A stretch of 64,000 nucleotides of DNA from a bacterium (GCA_011046415.1 DSAP01000090.1:4590-68589); one strand, 5' to 3'. Positions 9,102 through 19,223 are shown, numbered from the stretch's first letter. Translations and numbers: made by a program. The notes: generated by a model not told the origin, from the letters alone.

Positions 9102-9277
9102 TTACAAAATACCGAATTGAACGAAAAGTTTCGTTTTTTTTGACAGGGATTGAATTCATCGGGTGGTACCGCGACGAAACGGAAAGACATTTTCGGCTTG
9201 AACCTTTCCCGGGGTTTGAGTATTTTGTGTCGGATCGAAAGAAGAGGATCGTCGGGAAAGGCGGATTGATCTTAGCA

Positions 9278-9450
9278 AACTACTGGCTTTGCCAGTGGTT
9301 CACGATCTTAAACGGGTCGGCACTAAACGTGCCTTCTTTTGCTCGCGGCCTTTGGCCGCAATCAAAAGCCACCGGCTTTGCCGGTGGTCGTTAATTCCGT
9401 GGGATCACGCAAAGCCTTCCGGCGAGGCCTCAGGCCGGAAAGGCTTTGCC
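9278..9450. repeat. array of REP-like palindromic elements (GC arms flanking TTT)
   Basis: AACTACTGGC-TTT-GCCAGTGGTT (9278-9300), GCGGCC-TTT-GGCCGC (9345-9359), GCCACCGGC-TTT-GCCGGTGGTC (9368-9389), and the larger palindrome GCAAAGCCTTCCGGC...GCCGGAAAGGCTTTGC (9409-9450), in a 330-bp noncoding gap. Confidence 0.5.
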
Positions 9451-9469
9451 GTTCCTGAAAACCGGATTG

Positions 9470-10468
9470 TTACGCTTTGTTGCTGAACGCCTCGTCGAAG
9501 ACGCCCGCGGGCAGCGGATAATTCAGGGTTTTCAGAAATTCACAGGCATCGGCGGCGCCGAATTCACGGTCCATGCCGGGGTCTTCCCATTCGACCGAAA
9601 GGGGGCCGTTGTACCCGATCCGGTTCAATACCCGGATGATCCCTTCGAAGTCCACGTCGCCGCGACCGAGCGAGCGGAAATCCCATCCGCGGCCGGCCCG
9701 GCCGAAATTGAGATGCGAGCCGAGTATGCCGGTGGTGCCGTCCAGCGTCACGGCGCAATCCTTCATGTGGCAGTGATAGATCCGTTCCTCGAATTCCTCG
9801 AGGAATTTCACCGGATCCATGCCCTGCCACTCAAGATGGCTCGGGTCGAAATTGAAGCCGAAGGCCTCCCGGTACGCGATGGCGTCGAGTACCTTGCGCG
9901 TCGTGACGAAATCATAGGCGATCTCGGTCGGATGCACCTCGAGCGCGAACCGGACGCCGCATTCGTCGAACACATCCAGGATCGGGTTGAAGAGTTCTGC
10001 GAAATATTGATACCCTCTTTCGACTTCGTCCCAGTCGTTGGGGGGGAAGGAGTACAGCATATGCCAGATGGACGAACCGGTGAAGCCGTTCACGACCGGG
10101 ACGCCCAGATTGCGGGCGGCCCGCGCCGCCGCCTTCATGGAATCGATCCCGAACCGGCGTTTCTTTTCCGCATCGCCCTTGCAATCGTCCGGGACGAAGC
10201 CGTCCGACCGGTTGTCGTCGTTGGGATCCAGAATCAGCTGTCCTGTGAGATGATTGCTGATAGCCCAGGTCTTGAGTCCGTATTTGGCCAGGAGTTTGTG
10301 TCTGGCGTCGCAGTACGCCTTGTCCTCCGCGGCCCTGAAAACATCCATGTGATCGCCCCAGCAGGCAAGCTCCAAACCGTCATATCCCCAGTCCCGGGCT
10401 TTTTTGCACAGGGTTTCGAGGGGCAGGTCGGCCCACTGTCCGGTGAAGAGTGTGATGGGTCTGGGCAT
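9470..10468 (-). CDS. sugar phosphate isomerase/epimerase (xylose-isomerase-like TIM barrel)
   Basis: 332 aa; metal-binding barrel motifs (ALEVHP, CHMKD, WEDPGMD) typical of the AP-endonuclease-2 / TIM-barrel isomerase family. Confidence 0.8.
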   Translation of the reverse strand: MPRPITLFTGQWADLPLETLCKKARDWGYDGLELACWGDHMDVFRAAEDKAYCDARHKLLAKYGLKTWAISNHLTGQLILDPNDDNRSDGFVPDDCKGDAEKKRRFGIDSMKAAARAARNLGVPVVNGFTGSSIWHMLYSFPPNDWDEVERGYQYFAELFNPILDVFDECGVRFALEVHPTEIAYDFVTTRKVLDAIAYREAFGFNFDPSHLEWQGMDPVKFLEEFEERIYHCHMKDCAVTLDGTTGILGSHLNFGRAGRGWDFRSLGRGDVDFEGIIRVLNRIGYNGPLSVEWEDPGMDREFGAADACEFLKTLNYPLPAGVFDEAFSNKA

Positions 10469-10915
10469 GACTCTCTCCTTTTTTTGGTGGCGGATTAAAT
10501 TTACAGATCGGGATCGGGAATGTCAAGGAATATGAAGCGCGGCGGCAACGGAGGATCCGTTTCGGACAGGGGTGTGCGGAGTCACACAACCGGATGTGAA
10601 TCAGAAAGGTAAGACGGGATGACAAGCCGGAATATCCGGGAGATCTTTTCATTGGTGAAGTTGAATTTTGTCTGATTCCGAAGAAGACAGCGGGTCGGGA
10701 TTTCTGTCCTGACCGAAAATAGTGGCTTCTGGTTGGATGAATGGAAAACCGGGGCGGAAACGGACTGCGATTCCTTGCCGGTTTATCATCAAGCGGAACC
10801 GGACGTGAATACTCCTGCCTTTTCCATAAGTAGGTTTAAAAACGGGATGCAACAAATCGCCGGGAAGTCCATATACTGAACAGGATGTCTCATGAATACG
10901 AGAGGAGGGGTCACT

Positions 10916-11551
10916 ATGAAAACCCGTCTCACATTTGCCTTTTTATTCCCGGCGATGGTCCTGTTCACCGGCTGCAACGTGCAGGTGAACCGGTCGGTCC
11001 ATCTCGGTGACGGGCGCACTGTCCGCGCCGATCAGGTTACGGTCAACGGGCAGATCACCGTTGGTTCGGATTGTGAGGTGCGCGGCAATCTGACAACGGT
11101 GAACGGAAACATTCGGGTCGGAAGAAACTCAAAGATCAGGTCGATTCGTACGGTCAACGGCACCGTTCGTCTCCAGGATGATGTGAAAATTTACGGAAAA
11201 CTCCAGTCCGTAAACGGTCCGGTGTCGTGCGACCCGGGGGTGAGAATCCGGGGTGACATCGCGACCGTGAACGGGAATATCGACTTGCGACAGACGATGG
11301 TCGGCAGAAATCTCGTCACCACTCACGGACGTATCACGCTGGCCGGAAAGTCTGAGGTGGACGGAAACATCCTGATAAAAAGAGATCAGGGAAGTCACAG
11401 GATCCGTCCCCTCTCCATCGAGATTACGGAGGGTTCCGTGGTCAGGGGGGATATCCGCGTCGCGGATCGTCGATCGGTTGTGACGGTGTCTCTTTCCCGC
11501 GGCGGGCAGGTCCAAGGCGTAATTCACAACGCCACGGTGGTGGAGGAGTAA
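10916..11551 (+). CDS. lipoprotein with six tandem 19-20-aa TVNGxI repeats (predicted beta-helix; bactofilin/DUF4097-like)
   Basis: Signal peptide MKTRLTFAFLFPAMVLFTGC (lipobox), then repeats TVNGQITVG / TVNGNIRVG / TVNGTVRLQ / SVNGPVSCD / TVNGNIDLR / THGRITLAG. Confidence 0.65.
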   Translation: MKTRLTFAFLFPAMVLFTGCNVQVNRSVHLGDGRTVRADQVTVNGQITVGSDCEVRGNLTTVNGNIRVGRNSKIRSIRTVNGTVRLQDDVKIYGKLQSVNGPVSCDPGVRIRGDIATVNGNIDLRQTMVGRNLVTTHGRITLAGKSEVDGNILIKRDQGSHRIRPLSIEITEGSVVRGDIRVADRRSVVTVSLSRGGQVQGVIHNATVVEE

Positions 11552-11678
11552 CCGTCCCCGTACCGGCTCAAGACGGCGGTGGTTGTACTCTATCTGGGGT
11601 GCGTATTTCCTCCCGAAAGACGCGCCCCCCTCGCATTTTTCTTCCTTTTCCCTCTGTAACCATCGGGTCTCGATCCGA

Positions 11679-13064
11679 TCATTCCGACTCGGTGACGAAC
11701 GAGAATGTCACCGGATCTTTCAGGGCCGATCCGTGCATGTCCCGGGCACCGGTTCCGAGGGTAATCGTGTATTTGGTGTTTCCCGCCAGGTCCTGGGACG
11801 GCCTGAAGGAGATCACATCTTTGGATGGATTGGTGTTGTTTTCCTGATAAGACCATCCCCGGAAGAACGATCCACGCACGGCCGGCTGAATCCCGAACGC
11901 GTTCTGTACCGCAGCCAGATTCATGTAGGTGTTGAACTGGATGCTGATAACCACATTTCGGGAAACGAAGATCTCCCCGTTCAGGGGACGGGTGTTCGTC
12001 ACTTCGAGCGGAGCGGTCTCGAAGGAGAACTCGAAAGGATCGCCGAGGGCGTCGCCGTCCAGGTCCGTGGCCGTGCCGTCGATCCGGATCGTGTACAGGG
12101 TTTCGCAACGGAGCGGTCCTCCCGTGAAAATCCTGAGCTGATTTCTCTCGGGCCAGAGGGGTGTGATGTCGGACGGCGGCGAGAGGGTCAGGGCGGACTC
12201 CGTCGATACCGCATCCATACGCCTGGGGAAGTTGACATAGATCGAGGCGTTCTGAAGCGGATTGACGTAGATCGCCCCGTGTTCGGGTTGGGTCAGGATC
12301 ACGTTCTGTGACGTCGCGGATTGCACCGTGCTGAAACGGAACATCAGGGGGAACGAGAGCGGGGAGCCCGCGGTATCCATCGCAGTCGTGGCCAGAATCA
12401 CGGTATAGGTGGTATCCACATAACCATCCTTCTGAGCCATCCGGTAGGTGAAGGAAGTGATGTTTTCATATGTCGAGATAACGGCTCCGGCACCGGAATC
12501 CCGGGCGTATAAACTCTCATCGTTCCAGTAGTACCTCGGTGTGGGGGTGTAGGCGAACGCGCCCCAGTAGAAAACGCCTTCGGAAGGCGGATCGGTCGAG
12601 AAAGCGGCCTCGACGCTCTGGCGGTTCATCGGCCGGACGAATTCCACCGAAATGGAAATCTGGGACCAGCGGCGGTCGAAAACGATCTCCGACCGGTCCG
12701 CCGGATAGACTTGTGAAATCAGGTCCGGAAAGTCGGAGAGGCGGATTTCCCCGACATAGGTCCGGGCGCCCCCGGTCACCTCGACATCCGCTCTCCGGTA
12801 TGTGCCGTAATTTCCTGCCTTTACAATGAGATCATAGTTGCCGGCGGGTACGTTCTCAAGCAGAAAAGTGCCATTATACGGGCTGATCTGCACGGAATCG
12901 ACCGGTTCCGCCTGGCCGATCACGACCCAGGCGCCGCTGTCGGCCTGCACCACTCTTCCGGTGATGGAACCGTCCGTTTCAGCGGTGATGATCTTTTCGA
13001 TGGTTTTGGTGCATCCCGAAAAGAGGATGAGCCCCATCGAACAATAGATTCGTATGTTTTGCAT
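11679..13064 (-). CDS. surface lipoprotein with an N-terminal carboxypeptidase-regulatory-like domain and several Ig-like (SbsA/BIG-type) domains
   Basis: Lipobox LFSGC; VPAGNYDLIVKAGNYG motif; repeated roughly 90-aa beta-sandwich-like units; 461 aa. Confidence 0.6.
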   Translation of the reverse strand: MQNIRIYCSMGLILFSGCTKTIEKIITAETDGSITGRVVQADSGAWVVIGQAEPVDSVQISPYNGTFLLENVPAGNYDLIVKAGNYGTYRRADVEVTGGARTYVGEIRLSDFPDLISQVYPADRSEIVFDRRWSQISISVEFVRPMNRQSVEAAFSTDPPSEGVFYWGAFAYTPTPRYYWNDESLYARDSGAGAVISTYENITSFTYRMAQKDGYVDTTYTVILATTAMDTAGSPLSFPLMFRFSTVQSATSQNVILTQPEHGAIYVNPLQNASIYVNFPRRMDAVSTESALTLSPPSDITPLWPERNQLRIFTGGPLRCETLYTIRIDGTATDLDGDALGDPFEFSFETAPLEVTNTRPLNGEIFVSRNVVISIQFNTYMNLAAVQNAFGIQPAVRGSFFRGWSYQENNTNPSKDVISFRPSQDLAGNTKYTITLGTGARDMHGSALKDPVTFSFVTESE

Positions 13065-13345
13065 GAGAGCCTCCCTGATTTATCTGCGGAAAGACTACAA
13101 GACATGTGCCAGATCCACCAGCCGGAGATTCGGCCCGGAGAGAAGATGTCCGCTTTAGAAAAAGAGACAAGTGTTCCTGAGTTTTTTGTGGATTCCCCGG
13201 AAATCTGAGGATGATGTCTGAATGCATATCATGATCCAGAAAATGATAAGCAGCAAATCCGGATTTGCCGGAGACCGGGATTTCCGACTCCGGTGAATCG
13301 AACAATTACGGAAAAACAAGCGTCTTCCTGCTCCGGTTTATGGCG

Positions 13346-14686
13346 TCATTCTTCCGGGAAAGAAGACAGAATGCCTCCGGTCAGACGGAGCAATTCGGTC
13401 TGCGATTCGATGAGCCGGTACACGGCCGTGAGCCGGCCGACCGCCGCATTCAGGTAAAGCATCTGGACGTCCCGGTAATTAAACGAGTTGATCGCGCCCG
13501 TTCTGAATTTCTCCCCGGAGATTTCGAGGTTCAGCGCCGCGGTCGCCTGCGCCTCGGCGGCCACATCGACGAGCTTCTTTCTTACCTCAAACAATTCCAG
13601 TTGCGCGGCGAGCCGGTTGGACAGACTGTGTATCATGGCATCGGTTTCGACCTGTCCGATTTCATGGTCCACCTTCGCGATTTGTACCGCCCGGTTTCTC
13701 GCTCCGCCGCTGAACAGGTTCCAGCTCAGGTTCAGGGTGCCGTATCCCTCGTAGGTCGTGAGGGGGGACGGCCGGATATCGATGCGGCTGCCTTCCAGTC
13801 CGGCGCGGAGGGAGAGGGACGGCCACCATTCGCTTCGGGCGAGGGCGACCTGTTTTTCGAGCAGGGTCTGGCGGAGGTACCGGTTCCTCAGCAGCCGGTT
13901 GTCGGCAAGCATCCTGTCCTTCAATATTCCATACTCATACGTATTCGCGGCGGCTTCGAACGGTTCCGTCAGCCGGTAAGCGCGGTCGTCCGTTTCGCCG
14001 ATCAGATAATTGAGATCACGCATGGCGTTGCGGGCGCGCGCGGTTTGTTCCAGGTATCTGGCCTCGTCCTCGAGCCAGGCATTTTTCGCCTGGAGCAGGT
14101 CGTATGTGACGAGGGCGCCCAGTTGACGCTGGGATTCCGCCCTCTCGTACCGGTTTCCGGAGAGGGTGCGCAGTGTGTCGAGTACGTCCGCCTGTTTTAA
14201 CTGGAGCAGTGCGTTGTAATAGGCCAGGATGACGGCCTGAACCGATTCTTCGATGAGCAGGGCCGTGTTCCCCGCGCTCAACCGCTCCAGCTGATCCAGC
14301 CTTGCCTTGCGGATCCGGACCGCGAATCCGTCGAACAGGATCCACTGGAGGGTCAGATTTGTCGAGGCCATATCCCGGACATCCCGGTCCCCGGTATCGA
14401 GATCCTGCCTGCGTGAAGCGGAAATCGAAAAATCCAGGGAGGGAAACGCTCCCGCCGTACCCCAGGTGTTTTGAATCGCCGCGATTCTTTTGTCGAGACG
14501 GCGGATCCGGATATCATAATTGTATTCGAGGGCGCGGCCGACGGCCTCCGGCAGGCCCAGGGAGTCCTGGGCAGAAAGGTGCGTAAAGCCGAGCATGATC
14601 CAGATCGCCGGAATAAGAAATCTACGGTTCATCATGAAGCCCTTCCCGGATCGCATGGTTTCGGATTCAATCTCACATTCTGTCAT
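13346..14686 (-). CDS. TolC-family outer-membrane efflux channel
   Basis: Signal peptide starting MMNRRFLIPAIWIMLGF (the true start may be Met18-19 at about 14635); two-repeat TolC architecture. The ATG at 14684-14686 overlaps the RND gene stop (ATGA). Confidence 0.8.
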   Translation of the reverse strand: MTECEIESETMRSGKGFMMNRRFLIPAIWIMLGFTHLSAQDSLGLPEAVGRALEYNYDIRIRRLDKRIAAIQNTWGTAGAFPSLDFSISASRRQDLDTGDRDVRDMASTNLTLQWILFDGFAVRIRKARLDQLERLSAGNTALLIEESVQAVILAYYNALLQLKQADVLDTLRTLSGNRYERAESQRQLGALVTYDLLQAKNAWLEDEARYLEQTARARNAMRDLNYLIGETDDRAYRLTEPFEAAANTYEYGILKDRMLADNRLLRNRYLRQTLLEKQVALARSEWWPSLSLRAGLEGSRIDIRPSPLTTYEGYGTLNLSWNLFSGGARNRAVQIAKVDHEIGQVETDAMIHSLSNRLAAQLELFEVRKKLVDVAAEAQATAALNLEISGEKFRTGAINSFNYRDVQMLYLNAAVGRLTAVYRLIESQTELLRLTGGILSSFPEE

Positions 14687-17600
14687 TCATCCTCCCGGTC
14701 CCGGTGCAATATCTCGAATTCGACCTCTTCGGGAGCCGGGCGGCGGCCGGTCCACAGATGGACGGCATTGACACGCAGGTCATTCAGGGCCTGGATGAGC
14801 GGGGGAAAGAAGATCAGGATGAATCCCGACCCGAACACGACGCCGTAGGCGAGGCTGATGGCCATGGGGATGAGGAACTGCGCCTGATGGCTCCTCTCCA
14901 GAATCAGAGGGAAAAGACCGATCGATGTGGTCAGCGTGGTCAGGAGAATCGGCCGCAGACGCCGGCTCCCCGCCTCGGTAATGGCGTCTCTCACTCTCAT
15001 GCCGGAGGCAACCAGGCTGTTGTATTTGGCCAGGAAGATGACGGCGTCGTTGATGATGACGCCCGAAAGCGCGATCATGCCCAGCACCGAGAGCAGGGAA
15101 ACGGGTTTCCCGTGAATCCAGTGCCCCAGAAATGCACCCACCAGGGACAACGGGATCATGGCCAGGATGATGACCGGTTGTTCGAGGGATTTGAAATGAA
15201 TCATCAGGATGAGCACGATGCAGGCGAATGCGATGCCGAAATACGTCTGGAGCTTGTCCACCGTGATCTGGCTTTCGCGCTGCTGGCCCTGAAAAACGAC
15301 ACGGATTCCGGGATATCTGGCCTTGATCTCAGGGATGATCTGTGTGTTGATCTGGTTCAGAATGTCCGGGACCGAGTCGTAGGGATCGACCAGGTCGGCC
15401 TCGATCCGCATTTCACGTTGCCCGTTGAACCGGCGGATTCCGACCGGGCCGCGCTGGATATCATAGTCCGCCAGTTCGATGAGGGGGAATGTCCCTTTGG
15501 GTGTCTTGATCCGCATTTGTTCGAGCTGGCCGATATGCATCCGGTCTTCGGGGGGGAAGCGCACCCAGATCCGGATTTCGTCCCGGCTTTGCTGGAGCCG
15601 CTGGACCTGCTCGCCGTAAAATCCCTGGCGCACCTGACTCACGATATCCGATTCATTCAATCCCAGCAGGTATGCCTTCGATTTGAGCCTGAGCCGGATC
15701 TCCTGTTTGCCCTGGGCGTTGTTGTCGATGATGTCTTTCAGCATCGGCATGTTGTTCAGGCCGGCCATCAGCATATCCCGGGCGGCTTCCAGCTCTTCGA
15801 GATTGCGGCTCAGGAGGCTGACGGAGACCGGCATGCCCCAGCGGCTCCTGCTGCCGACCGTGTATTTTTCCGCTTCGGGGACCGGGCCGATTTTGTTCCG
15901 CACCCGTTCCGCGATCTGCATGCCGGTCAGATCTATCCGGGTCAGATCGACGGGAAAGACGGTGAGCCGTCCGGCGTGCGTGCCGACCTCCTGTCTCGAG
16001 AACGCGTGTCCCACCTGGAGGCGGGTATCCCGGATGAGGTCTTCAGACCGGCCCATTTCCTGTTTCAGATCATCGTTGACCGTCCACACGGCCTCTTCGA
16101 ATCGGTGGAGGAAGCGGTACGTCTGTTCATCCCCGGATCCGGGGACGAAGGCGATGTTGATTTCGAAGCTGTCGAAATCCACCACGGGATAATAGGTGCT
16201 TCGGATGAATCCGCCTCCGAGAAGCCCGATCGTGATCATCATCATGGCGGGCGGAATGGCCAGCATGAGGTAGCGCCATCGGAGCGACCGCCGGATAAAG
16301 GCCGCATATCCTCTCCCGCTCAGCCAGGCCAGGCCGTCTTCGATATGGTGCTTCACCGATTTTTGGGGACGGGCCATTCTCTCCCGGTCGAGCACATGGT
16401 GCGAGGCCAGATGGGCCGGCAGGACGAAAAAGGCTTCAATCAGGCTTAAAATGAGGCAGATAATGACGATGAAGGCCATTTCCCAGAGTTGTTCCATGTT
16501 CGTGCCCGTCAGGAACAGCAGCGGCATGAAGGCAACGACCGTCGTGGTGATGCTGGTCAGCACCGCCGGCATGACTTCGAGGGTCCCCTCGATCGCCGCC
16601 CTGCGAGGACTGTATCCCTGCTGAAAATAGGCGAACACATTCTCGCCGATGACGATGCCGTCGTCGACCAGGATGCCGATGACCAGGATCATTCCGAACA
16701 GGGACATCATGTTGATCGTGATGCCGTAGAGGTTGGCGATCACGAACATGGACAGGAATGAGGCCGGGATTCCCCAGGCCACCCAGAAGCTGACCCGGAA
16801 GCTGAGGAAAAGGGTCAGTGAGATGATCACGAGGATGGAGCCGAGAATCCCGTTGTTGACCAGGATTCTCAACCGGCTGTTCAGGATTTCGAGAAAGCTG
16901 AAATTGACCCTGAGCCGGACCCCGGGATTCCTGGCGTTGAAATCTTCCGCATAGGCATTGATGTATTTGTCGATGGCTTCGAGGTCTTCTTCCGGCAGTT
17001 TGTCGACCAGGAAAGTCACCGAAGGCTTTCCGGCCCGGTAGGCGGGATAGAAACTCTCCGGCGCGGTCTTGCGCACGGTCCCCACATCCCGGATGCGCAG
17101 GAAACCGCCGCTGGGGGTACCCCTGAGCGGGATGTCCGCGATCACGTCCGGATCTGCGCTGCGGGAACGCAGCCGGATCAGGATTTCCTCGGAACGCGAC
17201 CGGATCTGGCCGCCCGAGATGTCCCGGTTGTTGTTCAGGATGGCCCGGGAGACCTCCGTGAGCGTCAGATTGTAGCGCAACAGGTTCGTCTCGGGAATCT
17301 CGACCGAAATCTCGGGTGTGGGGGCGCCGCCCAGGGAAACCTGGCTGATGATTCCGGAATTCAGGAAATCTTCCTCGATCTGATAGCCATATTCCTTGAG
17401 GGTGAACAGGTCGTCCGTCCCGGAAAGGGTCAGGAAAGCGGCCCGCGAGGTGGGACGCCTCTTGAACACAATCGGGCGTTCCGCGGCGGAGGGAAACGCG
17501 GAGATGCCGTCGACCGCATTCTTGACTTCCATCAGGATTTCATCGATGTCATACCGGCCCGTGGTCTCGATGAGCACCTGCGAAGCGTTTTCCGACGAGG

Positions 17601-17850
17601 TGCTCGTGATCTCCTTGATGCCCACGATACCGCGGACGGCTTCTTCGATCAGCGAGGTGACGCCTTCTTCCATTTCGACCGGCGAGGCGCCCGGATAAAA
17701 AACCGAGATGGATATAAAGCGGGATTTGATTTCCGGGAAGAAACTCTTCTTCAGGTTGTTCAGCGAAAGCCATCCTGCGATCAGGATGAAGGCGATGATC
17801 AGGTTGGCGTAAAACGGATATTTCACGAAGGTGGTGACCAGTTTTCGCAT
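14683..17850 (-). CDS. RND efflux permease (AcrB/CzcA family)
   Basis: 1055 aa; 12-TM RND topology with two large periplasmic loops; N-terminal MRKLVTTFVKYPFYANLIIAFILIAG typical of AcrB-family pumps. Confidence 0.9.
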   Translation of the reverse strand: MRKLVTTFVKYPFYANLIIAFILIAGWLSLNNLKKSFFPEIKSRFISISVFYPGASPVEMEEGVTSLIEEAVRGIVGIKEITSTSSENASQVLIETTGRYDIDEILMEVKNAVDGISAFPSAAERPIVFKRRPTSRAAFLTLSGTDDLFTLKEYGYQIEEDFLNSGIISQVSLGGAPTPEISVEIPETNLLRYNLTLTEVSRAILNNNRDISGGQIRSRSEEILIRLRSRSADPDVIADIPLRGTPSGGFLRIRDVGTVRKTAPESFYPAYRAGKPSVTFLVDKLPEEDLEAIDKYINAYAEDFNARNPGVRLRVNFSFLEILNSRLRILVNNGILGSILVIISLTLFLSFRVSFWVAWGIPASFLSMFVIANLYGITINMMSLFGMILVIGILVDDGIVIGENVFAYFQQGYSPRRAAIEGTLEVMPAVLTSITTTVVAFMPLLFLTGTNMEQLWEMAFIVIICLILSLIEAFFVLPAHLASHHVLDRERMARPQKSVKHHIEDGLAWLSGRGYAAFIRRSLRWRYLMLAIPPAMMMITIGLLGGGFIRSTYYPVVDFDSFEINIAFVPGSGDEQTYRFLHRFEEAVWTVNDDLKQEMGRSEDLIRDTRLQVGHAFSRQEVGTHAGRLTVFPVDLTRIDLTGMQIAERVRNKIGPVPEAEKYTVGSRSRWGMPVSVSLLSRNLEELEAARDMLMAGLNNMPMLKDIIDNNAQGKQEIRLRLKSKAYLLGLNESDIVSQVRQGFYGEQVQRLQQSRDEIRIWVRFPPEDRMHIGQLEQMRIKTPKGTFPLIELADYDIQRGPVGIRRFNGQREMRIEADLVDPYDSVPDILNQINTQIIPEIKARYPGIRVVFQGQQRESQITVDKLQTYFGIAFACIVLILMIHFKSLEQPVIILAMIPLSLVGAFLGHWIHGKPVSLLSVLGMIALSGVIINDAVIFLAKYNSLVASGMRVRDAITEAGSRRLRPILLTTLTTSIGLFPLILERSHQAQFLIPMAISLAYGVVFGSGFILIFFPPLIQALNDLRVNAVHLWTGRRPAPEEVEFEILHRDREDE

Positions 17851-17878
17851 GGGTTTTTTCCCGATATTTCGCCTGTGT

Positions 17879-19042
17879 TTATCCGTCGGATTGTTTCAGG
17901 CCGTGCGCCGGGGAGTCTACGCCCCTGATTTTGACCGGAGAATTTTCCGACACATTGATCAGGGGCTGCGTCACCACATACATTTCCGGTTCAGGGCCTT
18001 TGATCAGTGCGGTATTTTCGGTGAGTCTCACGACATCCACCGTGCGGATTTGCAGGAGTCCGTCCAAGACGAGGAAGACCTGATTGTAATTGAAGAGGGC
18101 GTTCCTCGGTATTTGCATGACATCCTTCACGGGCGTGCCTTCGAACCGGGCGAGGAGGAATTCCCCCGAAAAAAGCGGATTCTGTCCTGTCAGGGGAACG
18201 CGGACGAAAACGCTTCTCGACTGGGTCGCGTCCTCCACGAAATGCGATACGCGCGTCACCGGGCCCCGCCATTCTATCTCCCGCGCTTCGGACACGAGAA
18301 CGACCGGATCCCCGATTCGGATCCATCGGGCGTTCGCCGTCTCGATCGGCACCTCGACTTCCAGGGCATCGGTGGCGATGATGCGCGCGATCCGGCTTCC
18401 CGTATTGGCATAGGCGCCCGTTTCGAGAAACACGTCGGTGTAAACACCCTGAAAGGGCGCGCGGATGGTATGGCGGGAGAGTCTCAGCTCGGATTGCTGG
18501 ACGGCGAAATAATCCGAAAGAAAGTTTCTGCTGGCCAGGAAAATCCGCAAAGGCTCCCGGTCGACTTCCGGAAGGCCCGGCAGGGGTGCGTCCAGACGGA
18601 TTGCGCCGAAAAATTCCAGAAATGTCCCGTAGTATTCCGGATAATCCACCTGGATGTCCGGTAACAGGACGGCCACCCGGTTGAGGAACTGGCTTTTCTG
18701 GGCCTTCAGCGCGAGTTCCGCCTCGTCCCGGTAAATCGTCAACAGGGCCTGGCCTTTCTGGAATGTCTGGCCTTTCTTGAGCGGCTGATCGCCCGGCTCG
18801 ATACGCCCCGAGGCCTCGGCGATCACCTCCACTTCCGCGGTGGAGTGGACCCGTCCCTTGCCGGTGATCGGGGACAGAATTTCCGAATACCGAATCGGTT
18901 CGGCCATGACCCACCGTTCACTCACCGGGGGAGGCCGGGTGGGCAGTTCGGGTTTTAAGGTGAACAGATACCGCATCAGAATAAAACTGAAAGAGAGGAT
19001 GCCGAGAAATCCCGCGATGATGATCCATTTGCGCTTATCCAT
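17879..19042 (-). CDS. RND efflux membrane-fusion protein (HlyD/AcrA family)
   Basis: N-terminal TM anchor, coiled-coil/lipoyl/beta-barrel segments; 387 aa; immediately upstream of the RND pump. Confidence 0.8.
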   Translation of the reverse strand: MDKRKWIIIAGFLGILSFSFILMRYLFTLKPELPTRPPPVSERWVMAEPIRYSEILSPITGKGRVHSTAEVEVIAEASGRIEPGDQPLKKGQTFQKGQALLTIYRDEAELALKAQKSQFLNRVAVLLPDIQVDYPEYYGTFLEFFGAIRLDAPLPGLPEVDREPLRIFLASRNFLSDYFAVQQSELRLSRHTIRAPFQGVYTDVFLETGAYANTGSRIARIIATDALEVEVPIETANARWIRIGDPVVLVSEAREIEWRGPVTRVSHFVEDATQSRSVFVRVPLTGQNPLFSGEFLLARFEGTPVKDVMQIPRNALFNYNQVFLVLDGLLQIRTVDVVRLTENTALIKGPEPEMYVVTQPLINVSENSPVKIRGVDSPAHGLKQSDG

Positions 19043-19223
19043 GTATCATTTCCCTGTCGGCTGGGTTTGGACTGTCCATGGCCGGATGCGACTGCGTGAT
19101 CCGCCCTGACGGATATCTCCGCCGTTTGCGTTCATTATAAGTGAAAAAACGGAAATTTCACAATGAATTATCCATGTTTGTTCCCGTCTCATACAATTTT
19201 TTACACTTTGACGACAAAGGGAT

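Noticed and set aside
9140-9394. 84-aa plus-strand ORF in the palindrome-rich gap
   Set aside because: No ribosome-binding site, Trp/Cys-odd composition, and it is built from the palindromic repeats themselves; more likely noncoding.
14704-16449. Long opposite-strand ORFs (e.g. 14704-16449 +, 9446-10498 +, 25404-26906 +, 5572-6648 +, 55700-56617 -, 23621-24355 +)
   Set aside because: They are antisense to strongly supported genes (RND pump, isomerase, glnS, deoxyhypusine synthase, coaBC, GH3). Their translations are low-complexity, Arg/Gly/Pro-rich strings typical of spurious ORFs in high-GC DNA.
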